A stretch of 64,000 bases of DNA from positions 59,458,001 through 59,522,000 of the forward strand of contig OZ024747.1 in assembly GCA_964016885.1 (NCBI GenBank). Direction: 5' to 3'. Source of the DNA: Eledone cirrhosa. Taxonomy: Eukaryota. The position numbers and the translations under genes were made by a program. Under the pieces are notes generated by a model, which made no database searches, was not told the origin of the DNA, and saw nothing but the letters and a program-made list of their open reading frames with translations. The first letter of the stretch is position 1; each line of letters opens with the position of its first letter. Shown in pieces: positions 41,030-55,500 of this stretch.

Positions 41030-43350
41030 TTCTTCATACACACAAACATCTTTACAAACTGCGCTGACTCTATGCATGTGTACACTCATGTGACATCCAT
41101 CATCAACACACACATGGTGACTATACACTCACACACACACTTAACTGCAACATTCTTCACATACAGCTGTGCACCCACAAACACACATACATACATACAT
41201 ACATACATACACATCACGGTGACTATATATATCACAACACATACATATATACTCACCTAACTGCAAAACCCTTCATATGCAGTTGTAGATGCAACACACA
41301 CACACAGATGCGACTCTCCACACACAGGACCAATTTGTGGCAACATACATATGGAGACCCATGTTTGATCCCATCCATCCATATACACATATATACATAT
41401 ATATATCCATCCATATATACATTACATGTATACATACACACACACACACACACACATACCCCTTCCACGTGGGCCATACATTCACAAGTCAAACAGTAAT
41501 GATATCGATCTCTCTGGTCTTGGGGGGCCCGTGAAGGGCACTGGCACTGCCCTTTCCGCCATACCAAGCCAAAGAGGAAATCTTTTATAAGACCTGCTAG
41601 AAATACCAACCTAAACTTCCTCAAATCACAGGTAGGACACAATGAATAAAGTACTAAATACATTATAACTGGGAGGGGGGAAGAAGATATGATCATGAAT
41701 GGAATGGTCTTTACCACATGCCTGTACAATCATGGCTAACCTGGGGCTAAACAGAAATACATCCATATTTGAATCCATAAACATACACACAACTATCCAT
41801 AGACACACACACACTGAGTTCAGTGACTTTCCACGCGCACACACACAAAACCATGACTACGCCCACACACACAAAACCATGACTACACACACATATATAC
41901 ACACAGAAAAACACATTTTTCATTCACACACACAATCTGTGACTGTACACAGACCCAAACACATTTGTCACTACACACACGTGATACAACAAACGCACAC
42001 AATGACTACACATACTATTGCGTGTACACACACATATCTGACAGTACATACAGAAATTCGTCTGCTATTCTACACACAGACACAGAAACTCATGTACGGC
42101 TGGCTCTACATAGAAAAACACACCTCTTTTTTTTTTTTTTTTACACAGAAATATACATTTATCTATGTCTCTCTCTCTCCCTCTTTCTGTGTAACCACAC
42201 ACACACACACACACAACTGTATATACACACACACACACAAATGTATCCGTACACAGACATTCATCTGTCTCTCACCACACAGAAAAATAAATCTCTATAC
42301 ATATACAAAAACACATCTATGAATGTACACACACACAAACATATATGACTAAACACACACACACACATCCAGAGATCTCTGGATTCACGATGACTCAATG
42401 TACACGTACATGTCTATGATAAACCACACGAACACACACACACACACTTCCTATGGTTGTATCCCAGCTAATACACACAAAATCCTAAATTTTCCTAGCA
42501 AAAGTACGAATCTCTTCTTTCCAAGCGAGTGTATGCGCACCCGCAAACCAATACAATATATTTCGGATATACATACATATGTTTCAGTCACGCGCGCAGT
42601 TATACATATACACAAGCATAAATCTTCCAGACCCCGTGAATGTGTACACACACACACACACACACCTTACTTTCCATAAGTTTTACAGATACACCCAAAT
42701 CTCACCCCACATAAACATACTTCTTTTTCTTTTCTCATATATACACACATACATCGCTCCGCTTTTTCCACACAGCATAAACATATTCTCCATTCTTTTC
42801 GCAGATACACACACACAAACATACACACACAATTTCCACCGCATCCCACATAAACATACTCCGTCTCTTCACGGATACACACGCATACGCGAGCATGCTC
42901 ACACACCTGTCTCATTCTCTTAAACGAACACACAAACACTTCTTACTCACTACACACACACACACATATCAAACTGTTCTCTCCATATGTAGGGATACAG
43001 ACTTGCGCAAAACTGGCAATAGGCTTACGATGTACTTAAAATAAAAGAACTAGAACATTAGGGAGACCTACTCCCCCGCAAAAATCACACATTCACCTGG
43101 AACTCTACCTCTGTTGTGGTTTCTCTCTGCGTGTGTGTGTGTCTGTCTCTGTGTCTGTGTGTGTGTGTGCATACATACATACATACATACACACACACAC
43201 GTCCACATCACGCACTGTCCCTGCAGCTACACACTCAGACGCATGCATATCACTCACTTATGCATACGTGCGCATCAATTTCTTATTCATATGTACACAC
43301 GCACCATCCTCTACTGTCTACACACATATATATATGTGAGAGAGAGGGAG

Positions 43351-43381
<31 letters not shown>

Positions 43382-43395
43382 ATATATATATATAT
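41030..43395. repeat. Degenerate CA-rich low-complexity region
   Basis: Decayed (CA)n/(CATA)n tracts throughout. Confidence 0.75.
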
Positions 43396-43554
43396 TTCGT
43401 TTCTGAATTTGTTTAGCAACATTATCTGAAAACGTGTGTTGAAACCGATATTGTTATAAATTTATTATAATAAATTGAAGTGAAAGCAACTGGTGCGTGT
43501 GTTTCTTATTGGCAACATGACTCTCCCAAAGTATAACAATATATATATATATAA

Positions 43555-43751
43555 TATAATATAATTGTTTCTACTATTGGCACAAGGCCAGCAATTAACC
43601 AGTACATTACTGGTACTTTATTTTATCGACCCCGTAAGGATGAAAGGCAAAGTTAACCTTGGCGGGATTTGAACTCAGAATGGCAAGGGCCGTAACTCTA
43701 TGCGTCAAAGCATGGCGTCCGATCCTCTACCGATACTGCCAATCCACCGCT
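43555..43751 (-). mobile_element. SINE family B, young copy
   Basis: Nearly identical to 13145-13340; TA-rich flanks. Confidence 0.85.
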
Positions 43752-44544
43752 CTATATATAATATAATATAATATACACGCATATATCGTTTACTATCCGC
43801 ATGTAAATGGATCCTTCATTATTAGTGGTTGAGTATTCCACAGACATTCAATGTATATTCGGTGTAACACAATATGTTACATAGCTGGACCTTTGAATTA
43901 CAGAGTCAATTTTAACGGCAACCCGTACAGTTTCAGTCTATCGAATTTAACTCAAAAGCTTGGGACTTGGCTGTGGTAAAATACATTGAATACGCCACAC
44001 AGTAAAATCGAACACGCGCCTTGATTATTGTAAAGCGAACCTGTTAACCATTCGACCATGCTGCACCAGTCTATAAACACATGCACATTATTGTCTGTAG
44101 TTATACACACATCAATTGTATCCATATGTGTATTTTAAATATGTACACAGGCATATGAAAGGGGGATCCAGCTGGTACTTTGTTACGGGACTCAAGCGCT
44201 AAGAAAGCCCCTCAGCAACCATGCAACATCCATTTTGAGAAAAACATTTGCCTGCTTCGAGCCCCAAAGGAGTCTTGTACCACCTTCCAAAATTTCTCTT
44301 GATGGCCCTGTTTGTACATACGTTTTCCTTTTTGGGGGTGGAAGAGAGGGGGTTACGTAGGGGGAGAACAGAACATATGGCTCCTTACAAGGAGTCCAAG
44401 ATTAGTGGGAAGGAGGAAGGACAATATCCTTCAAACCAGAGACCTTGCTAGAATATTTGCAACAGGATGTAAGAAAGAGTACGCTAAAATCCCCCAAAAT
44501 CCAGGCAGAGGTGTTTGTTAAACCAGATGATAGATTAAGTCTAA

Positions 44545-44760
44545 CACCCAAGTAAGCTACGGCAGGATTTGAACTTAGGATGCAAAGAGTCAGAACAAAT
44601 ACCGCTGGGCATCTTGTCCTACAATTTTAACAATCCACCACCATGGATTGAAATTTTATTTTGTCGATCTCAAAAGTAGGGAAGGCAAAGTTGAACCGTA
44701 GCGGCATTTGAACTCAGCACGCAGAAAGTCGGAACAAATGTCGCGCGTTATTGCCGTAAC
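44545..44760 (-). mobile_element. Two degenerate SINE family B heads in tandem
   Basis: GGATTTGAACTTAG at about 44566 and GGCATTTGAACTCAG at about 44703. Confidence 0.55.
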
Positions 44761-45201
44761 ACACAAACGGCTTACAATTCAGAATATACACATATTTATT
44801 AGAATGCTGTTGAGGTGTGTATGCATTGGTTTTTTTTGGAGGGGGAGGGGGCATATACATATATATATATCAAACTCTTACTAAGGGAGCGTCAATTTTT
44901 TGGTGGGGGTTGGGGTGAGGGTGAGGGGCGGGGTTCGAGAGGCGCTGTCACCTGTGACCTAGGACTCCAATGGGTAAGATGTGTGTGTGTGTGTGAAGGG
45001 GGGGGGGATATAACAGACTCGGGGCATGACTATAGGGTACTAACTACATACATACGCGCACACACCGATCTCATGATGTCTATATATATATATATATAGA
45101 TATATATTTATTAAAATAACAGATTAAAGTTTAAGCAAAGAATCGCTGCTTTCACCCTTAACGGGATCTCTTTGGATTTTAGTCTTCAAATTTATTATTA
45201 T

Positions 45202-45251
<50 letters not shown>

Positions 45252-45315
45252 TAATCGCTTACAATCCTCCGTATGTAAACGCACGCATGCATACAGGTAC
45301 CACTCTTACTACCCT

Positions 45316-45355
<40 letters not shown>

Positions 45356-45357
<2 letters not shown>

Positions 45358-45431
45358 GGGTGTCCCAAAAATGCATACACACTTCAACAGCATTCTAATC
45401 AAAGTGTGTATACATCTTTGGGGACACCCTG
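45356..45431. mobile_element. 76-bp Tc1/mariner-type MITE (hairpin)
   Basis: TIRs CAGGGTGTCCCAAAAATGCATACACACTT and AAGTGTGTATACATCTTTGGGGACACCCTG; right flank is TA, left flank is decayed into (CA)n. Confidence 0.7.
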
Positions 45432-45467
45432 TATATACACGAACACAATCCTATACTACACCAATGA

Positions 45468-45507
<40 letters not shown>

Positions 45508-45580
45508 AAAGAGGGTGTGGTAAGATACCAGGTGGACCATAACATACCAGAGTACTCAATACTTGCGGTAGCAGAGTAGG

Positions 45581-45622
<42 letters not shown>

Positions 45623-45726
45623 AGATATACACACAAACACCAATCTTTTGTTATCCATGTGTATACACTCACATCGATCAGTTCCTGGTTGTATGTATCT
45701 ATATATATATGTGTGTGTGTGTAATA

Positions 45727-45795
<69 letters not shown>

Positions 45796-45958
45796 CAGTT
45801 ACTGAACTGAAATAGTAACCACCATGTACAGTTGGGAGAGTATAGACTGTAGGAATGAATGACTGTAAGATGAAGCAATTATCACCGGAGTTAGTGTGTG
45901 TGTGTGTGTGTGTGTGCGCGTGTGCGCATATATATATATATATATATAACTATATATA

Positions 45959-46008
<50 letters not shown>

Positions 46009-46589
46009 GCGTGCGTGCGTATATTTATATATATGAGACGAGACCCGGGTTTAATCGGGGGTATCCACAGTTAGTAAGGTACGCAATACACGAGTAGAAT
46101 GTAAACATCAAGTTCAATATAGAAATGGCTTCTACAGGACTATCACTGTTTCATTCAAAGAAAATCATCGGATATATGCCAACACGAGAGCAAGAATGAA
46201 GTGTTCATTCTACTGACATGGCTATAACATTGAGGCTTGTTTGCATAATTGCAAACGAATCGAATGTTATTATTAAAATTCGAAAAACTCGGGTTACATT
46301 TATTGTATTCAGCCATGTAGAGCGAAATTTTTCTTTTTTATATAGATAAATATGATATCGTAAAAATACGACCCACATAATCTCTTAGTTTCTATATTTA
46401 TAGACACACACAAAAACGTCCGTGGCTGATTAAGCTTGCGTGGGTCCCCAGGCTGAAAATATATCAGGACCGTTCCGTATTATTTATGATAGCAAAATAA
46501 AATTTAAGAAGCGACTTCTGAATTTGTGAGTCCCTTGGCTATGACAAAATCAAATCTCTGCCCCCAAACAGCTAACACAGCCCATGCAA

Positions 46590-49500
46590 AACTGGCTCTG
46601 GGTAGATGTGAAATATACACCTTCGACCCAAATAAAACTGACTAGATGTAAACACACCCTTCCAAATAAAACTCTTCATAGACCCAGGATAGATATGAAA
46701 TGTACACACACCCTTCCAAATAAAACTGTTCATAGACCCAGGATAGATATGAAATGTACACACACCCTTCCAAATAAAACTGTTCATAGACCCAGGATAG
46801 ATATGAAATGTACACACACCCTCACAAATAAAACTGTTTATAGACCCAGGATAGATATGAAATGTACACACACCCTTCCAAATAAAACTGTTTATAGACC
46901 CAGGATAGTTATGAAATGTACAACACCCTTCCAAATAAAACTGTTCATAAACCCAGGATAGATATGAAATGTACACACACCCTCACAAGTAAAACTGTTT
47001 ATAGACCCAGGATAGTTATGAAATGTACACACACCCTCACAAATAAAACTGTTTATAGACCCAGGATAGATATGAAATGTACACACACCCTTCCAAATAA
47101 AACTGCTCATAGACTCAGGATAGATATGAAATGTACACACACCCTTCCAAATAAAACTGTTTATAGACCCAGGATAGTTATGAAATGTACACACACACCC
47201 TTCCAAAAAAAACTGTTTATAGACCCCGGATAGATATGAAATGTACACACACCCTTCCAAATAAAACTCTTCATAGACCCAGGATAGATATGAAATGTAC
47301 ACACACCCTTCCAAATAAACTGTTCATAGATCCAGGATAGATATGAAATGTACACACACCCTTCCAAATAAAACTGTTCATAGACCCAGGATAGATATGA
47401 AATGTACACACACCCTCACAAATAAAACTGTTTATAGACCCAGGATAGAGATGAAATGTACACACACCCTTCCAAATAAAACTGTTCATAGACCCAGGAT
47501 AGATATGAAATGTACACACCCTTCCAAATAAAACTGTTTATAGACCCAGGATAGTTATGAAATGTACACACACCCTTCCAAATAAAACTGTTCATAGACC
47601 CAGGATAGATATGAAATGTACACACACCCTCACAAATAAAACTGTTTATAGACCCAGGATAGATATGAAATGTACACACACCCTTCCAAATAAAACTGTT
47701 TATAGACCCAGGATAGATATGAAATGTACACACACCCTCACAAATAAAACTGTTCATAGACCCAGGATAGATATGAAATGTACACACACCCTCACAAATA
47801 AAACTGTTTATAGACCCAGGATAGATATGAAATGTACACACACCCTTCCAAATAAAACTGTTCATAGACCCAGGATAGATATGAAATGTACACACACCCT
47901 TCCAAATAAAACTTGTTATAGACCCAGGATAGATATGAAATGTACACACACACTCACAAATAAAACTGTTCATAGACCCAGGATAGATATGAAATGTACA
48001 CACACCCTCACAAATAAAACTGTTCATATATCCAGGATAGATATGAAATGCACACACACCCTTCCAAATAAAACTGTTCATAGACCCAGGATAGATATGA
48101 AATGTACACACACCCTTCCAAATAAAACTGTTCATAGACCCAGGATAGATATGAAATGTACACACACCCTTCCAAATAAAACTGTTCATAGAGCCAGTAT
48201 AGATATGAAATGTACACACACCCTTCCAAATAAAACTGTTTATAGACCCAAGATAGATATCAAATGTAGACACACCCTTCCAAATAAAACTGTTCATAGA
48301 CCCAGGATAGATATGAAATGTACACACACCCTTCCAAATAAAACTGTTCGTAGACCCAGGATAGATATGAAATGTACACACACCCTTCCAAATAAAACTG
48401 TTTATAGACCCAGGATAGTTATGAAATGTACACACACCCTCACAAATAAAACTGTTTATAGACCCAGGATAGATATGAAATGTACACACACCCTTCCAAA
48501 TAAAACTGTTTATAGACCCAGGATAGTTATGAAATGTACACACACCCTCACAAATAAAACTGTTTATAGACCCAGGATAGATATGAAATGTACACACACC
48601 CTTCCAAATAAAACTGCTCATAGACCCAGGATAGATATGAAATGTACACACACCCTCACAAATAAAACTGTTTATAGGTTCAGGATAGTTATGAAATGTA
48701 CACACACCCTTCCAAATAAAACTGTTTATAGACCCCGGATAGATATGAAATGTACACACACCCTTCCAAATAAAACTGTTCATAGACACAGGATAGATGT
48801 GAAATATACACACCCTCACAAATAAAACTGTTCATAGATCCAGGATAGATATGAAATGTACACACACCCTTCCAAATAAAACTGTTCATAGACCCAGGAT
48901 AGATGTGAAATATACACACACCCTCACAAATAAAACTGTTCATAGACCCAGGATAGATATGAAATGTACACACACCCTTCCAAATAAAATTGTTCATAGA
49001 CCCAGGATAGTTATGAAATGTACACACACCCTCACAAATAAAACTGTTTATAGACCCAGGATAGATATGAAATGTACACACACCCTTCCAAATAAAACTT
49101 TATAGACCCAGGATAGATATGAAGTGTACACACACCCTCACAAATAAAACTGTTTATAGACCCAGGATAGATATGAAATGTACACACCCTTCCAAATAAA
49201 ACTGTTTATAGAACCAGGATAGTTATGAAATGTACACACACCCTTCCAAATAAATCTGTTCATAGACCCAGGATAGATATGAAATGTACACACACCCTTC
49301 CAAATAAAACTGTTCATAGACCCAGGATAGATATGAAATGTACACACACCCTCACAAATAAAACTGTTTATAGACCCAGGATAGATATGAAATGTACACA
49401 CACCCTTCCAAATAAAACTGTTTATAGAACCAGGATAGTTATGAAATGTACACACACCCTTCCAAATAAATCTGTTCATAGACCCAGGATAGATATGAAA

Positions 49501-52500
49501 TGTACACACACCCTTCCTAATAAAACTTTATAGATCCAGGATAGATATGAAATGTACACACACCCTTCCAAATAAAACTGTTTATAGACCCAGGATAGTT
49601 ATGAAATATACACACACCCTCACAAATAAAACTGTTTATAGACCCAGGATAGATATGAAATGTACACACACCCTTCCAAATAAAACTGTTCATAGACCCA
49701 GGATAGATATGAAATGTACACACACCCTTCCAAATAAAACTGTTTATAGACCCAGGATAGTTATGAAATGTACACACCCTTCCAAATAAAACTGTTCATA
49801 GACCCAGGATAGATGTGAAATGTACACACACCCTTCCAAATAAAACTGTTTATAGACCCAGGATAGATATGAAATGTACACACACCCTCACAAATAAAAC
49901 TGTTCATAGACCCAGGATAGATATGAAATGTACACACACCCTCACAAATAAAACTGTTTATAGACCCAGGATAGATATGAAATGTACACACACCCTCACA
50001 AATAAAACTGTTCATAGACCCAGGATAGATATGAAATGTACACACACCCTCACAAATAAAACTGTTTATAGACCCAGGATAGATATGAAATGTAGACACA
50101 CCCTTCCAAATAAAACTGTTCATAGACCCAGGATAGATATGAAATGTACACACACCCTTCCAAATAAAACTGTTCGTAGACCCAGGATAGATATGAAATG
50201 TACACACACCCTTCCAAATAAAACTGTTTATAGACCCAGGATAGTTATGAAATGTACACACACCCTCACAAATAAAACTGTTTATAGACCCAGGATAGAT
50301 ATGAAATGTACACACACCCTTCCAAATAAAACTGTTTATAGACCCAGGATAGTTATGAAATGTACACACACCCTCACAAATAAAACTGTTTATAGACCCA
50401 GGATAGATATGAAATGTACACACACCCTTCCAAATAAAACTGCTCATAGACCCAGGATAGATATGAAATGTACACACACCCTCACAAATAAAACTGTTTA
50501 TAGGTTCAGGATAGTTATGAAATGTACACACACCCTTCCAAATAAAACTGTTTATAGACCCCGGATAGATATGAAATGTACACACACCCTTCCAAATAAA
50601 ACTGTTCATAGACACAGGATAGATGTGAAATATACACACCCTCACAAATAAAACTGTTCATAGATCCAGGATAGATATGAAATGTACACACACCCTTCCA
50701 AATAAAACTGTTCATAGACCCAGGATAGATGTGAAATATACACACACCCTCACAAATAAAACTGTTCATAGACCCAGGATAGATATGAAATGTACACACA
50801 CCCTTCCAAATAAAATTGTTCATAGACCCAGGATAGTTATGAAATGTACACACACCCTCACAAATAAAACTGTTTATAGACCCAGGATAGATATGAAATG
50901 TACACACACCCTTCCAAATAAAACTTTATAGACCCAGGATAGATATGAAGTGTACACACACCCTCACAAATAAAACTGTTTATAGACCCAGGATAGATAT
51001 GAAATGTACACACCCTTCCAAATAAAACTGTTTATAGAACCAGGATAGTTATGAAATGTACACACACCCTTCCAAATAAATCTGTTCATAGACCCAGGAT
51101 AGATATGAAATGTACACACACCCTTCCAAATAAAACTGTTCATAGACCCAGGATAGATATGAAATGTACACACACCCTCACAAATAAAACTGTTTATAGA
51201 CCCAGGATAGATATGAAATGTACACACACCCTTCCAAATAAAACTGTTTATAGAACCAGGATAGTTATGAAATGTACACACACCCTTCCAAATAAATCTG
51301 TTCATAGACCCAGGATAGATATGAAATGTACACACACCCTTCCTAATAAAACTTTATAGATCCAGGATAGATATGAAATGTACACACACCCTTCCAAATA
51401 AAACTGTTTATAGACCCAGGATAGTTATGAAATATACACACACCCTCACAAATAAAACTGTTTATAGACCCAGGATAGATATGAAATGTACACACACCCT
51501 TCCAAATAAAACTGTTCATAGACCCAGGATAGATATGAAATGTACACACACCCTTCCAAATAAAACTGTTTATAGACCCAGGATAGTTATGAAATGTACA
51601 CACCCTTCCAAATAAAACTGTTCATAGACCCAGGATAGATGTGAAATGTACACACACCCTTCCAAATAAAACTGTTTATAGACCCAGGATAGATATGAAA
51701 TGTACACACACCCTCACAAATAAAACTGTTCATAGACCCAGGATAGATATGAAATGTACACACACCCTCACAAATAAAACTGTTTATAGACCCAGGATAG
51801 ATATGAAATGTACACACACCCTTCCAAATAAAACTGTTTATAGACCCCGGATAGATATGAAATGTACACACACCCTTCCAAATAAAACTGTTCATAGACA
51901 CAGGATAGATGTGAAATGTACACACACCCTCACAAATAAAACTGTTTATAGACCCAGGATAGATATGAAATGTACACACACCCTCACAAATAAGACTCTT
52001 CATAGACCCAGGATAGATATGAAATGTACACACACCCTTCCAAATAAAACTGTTAATAGATCCAAGATAGATATGAAATGTACACACACCCTTCCAAATA
52101 AAACTGTTCATAGACCCAGGATAGATGTGAAATATACACACACCCTCACAAATAAAACTGTTCATAGACCCAGGATAGATATGAAATGTACACACACCCT
52201 TCCAAATAAAATTGTTCATAGACCCAGGATAGTTATGAAATGTACACACACCCTCACAAATAAAACTGTTTATAGACCCAGGATAGATATGAAATGTACA
52301 CACACCCTTCCAAATAAAACTTTATAGACCCAGGATAGATATGAAGTGTACACACACCCTCACAAATAAAACTGTTTATAGACCCAGGATAGATATGAAA
52401 TGTACACACCCTTCCAAATAAAACTGTTTATAGAACCAGGATAGTTATGAAATGTACACACACCCTTCCAAATAAATCTGTTCAGAGACCCAGGATAGAT

Positions 52501-55500
52501 ATGAAATGTACACACACCCTTCCAAATAAAACTGTTCATAGACCCAGGATAGATATGAAATGTACACACACCCTCACAAATAAAACTGTTTATAGACCCA
52601 GGATAGATATGAAATGTACACACACCCTTCCAAATAAAACTGTTTATAGAACCAGGATAGTTATGAAATGTACACACACCCTTCCAAATAAATCTGTTCA
52701 TAGACCCAGGATAGATATGAAATGTACACACACCCTTCCTAATAAAACTTTATAGATCCAGGATAGATATGAAATGTACACACACTCTTCCAAATAAAAC
52801 TGTTTATAGACCCAGGATAGTTATGAAATATACACACACCCTCACAAATAAAACTGTTTATAGACCCAGGATAGATATGAAATGTACACACACCCTTCCA
52901 AATAAAACTGTTCATAGACCCAGGATAGATATGAAATGTACACACACCCTTCCAAATAAAACTGTTTATAGACCCAGGATAGTTATGAAATGTACACACC
53001 CTTCCAAATAAAACTGTTCATAGACCCAGGATAGATATGAAATGTACACACACCCTTCCAAATAAAACTGTTCGTAGATCCAGGATAGATGTGAAATGTA
53101 CACACACCCTTCCAAATAAAACTGTTTATAGACCCAGGATAGATATGAAATGTACACACCCTCACAAATATAACTGTTCATAGACCAAGGATAGATAAGA
53201 AATGTGTACACACCCTTCCAAATAAAACTGTTTATAGACCCAGGATAGATATGAAATGTACACACACCCTTCCAAATAAAACTGTTCATAGACCCAGGAT
53301 AGATATGAAATGTACACACACCCTTCCAAATAAAACTGTTCATAGACCCAGGATAGATGTCAAATGTACACACACCCTTCCAAATAAAACTGTTTATAGA
53401 CCCAGGATAGATATGAAATGTACACACACCCTCACAAATAAAACTGTTCATATATCCAGGATAGATATGAAATGTACACACACCCTTCCAAATAAAACTG
53501 TTCATAGACCCAGGATAGATATGAAATGTACACACACCCTTCCAAATAAAACTATTCATAGAGCCAGTATAGATACGAAATGTACACACACCCTTCCAAA
53601 TAAAACTGTTTATAGACCCAAGATAGATATCAAATGTACACACACCCTTCCAAATAAAACTGTTCATAGACCCAGGATAGATATGAAATGTACACACACC
53701 CTTCCAAATAAAACTGTTTATAGACACTGGATAGATATGAAATGTACACACGCCCTCACAAATAAAACTGTTTATAGACCCAGGATAGATATGAAATGTA
53801 CACACCCTCACAAATATAACTGTTCATAGACCAAGGATAGATAAGAAATGTGTACACACCCTTCCAAATAAAACTGTTCATAGACCCAGGATAGATATGA
53901 AATGTATACACACCCTCGCAAATAAAACTGTTCATAGACCCAGGATAGATATGAAATGTACACACACCCTCACAAATAAAACTGTTTATAGACCCAGGAT
54001 AGTTATGAAATGTACACACACCCTTCCAAATAAAACTGTTCATAGACCCAGGATAGATATGAAATGTACACACACCCTTCCAAATAAAACTGTTCATAGA
54101 CCCAGGATAGATATGAAATGTACACACACCCTTCCAAATAAAACTTGTTATAGACCCAGGATAGATATAAAATGTACACACACCCTCACAAATAAAACTT
54201 GTTATAGACCCAGGATAGATATGAAATGTACACACACCCTCACAAATAAAACTGTTCATAGACTCAGGATAGATATGAAATGTACACACACCCTCACAAA
54301 TAAAACTGTTCATAGATCCAGGATAGATATGAAATGTACACACACCCTTCCAAATAAAACTGTTCATAGACCCAGGATAGATATGAAATGTACACACACC
54401 CTTCCAAATAAAACTGTTCATAGACCCAGGATAGATATGAAATGTAGACACACCCTTCCAAATAAAACTGTTCATAGACCCAGGATAGATATGAAATGTA
54501 CACACAACCTTCCAAATAAAACTTTATAGACCCAGGATAGATATGAAATGTACACACACCCTCACAAATAAAACTGTTCATAGACACAGGATAGATATAA
54601 ACTGTACACACACCCTCACAAATAAAACTGTTCATAGACCCAGGATAGATATAAACTGTACACACACCCTCACAAATAAAACTGTTCATAGAGCCAGGAT
54701 AGATATGAAATGTACACACACCCTTCCAAATAAAACTGTTTATTGACCCAGGATAGATATCAAATGTAGACACACACTTCCAAATAAAAATGTTCATAGA
54801 CCCAGAATAGATATGAAATGTACACACACCCTTCCAAATAAAACTGTTTATTGACCCAGGATAGATATCAAATGTAGACACACACTTCCAAATAAAAATG
54901 TTCATAGACCCAGGATAGATATGAAATGTACACACACCCTTCCAAATAAAACTGTTAATAGATCCAGGATAGATATGAAATGTACACACACCCTTCCAAA
55001 TAAAACTGTTCATAGACCCAGGATAGATGTGAAATATACACACACCCTCACAAATAAAACTGTTCATAGACCCAGGATAGATATGAAATGTACACACACC
55101 CTTCCAAATAAAATTGTTCATAGACCCAGGATAGTTATGAAATGTACACACACCCTCACAAATAAAACTGTTTATAGACCCAGGATAGATATGAAATGTA
55201 CACACACCCTTCCAAATAAAACTGTTTATAGACCCAGGATAGATATGAAATGTACACACACCCTCACAAATAAAACTGTTTATAGACGCAGGATAGATAT
55301 GAAATGTACACACACCCTTCCAAATAAAACTGTTTATAGAACCAGGATAGATATGAAATGTACACACACCCTTCCAAATAAAACTGTTCATAGACACAGG
55401 ATAGATGTGAAATGTACACACACCCTCACAAATAAAACTGTTTATAGACCCAGGATAGATATGAAATGTACACACACCCTCACAAATAAGACTCTTCATA

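Noticed and set aside
43416-43457. Hammerhead-like CTGAAAA...GAAACCGATA
   Set aside because: Core substitutions and poor stems; not called as a feature and mentioned only as a weak member of the cluster.
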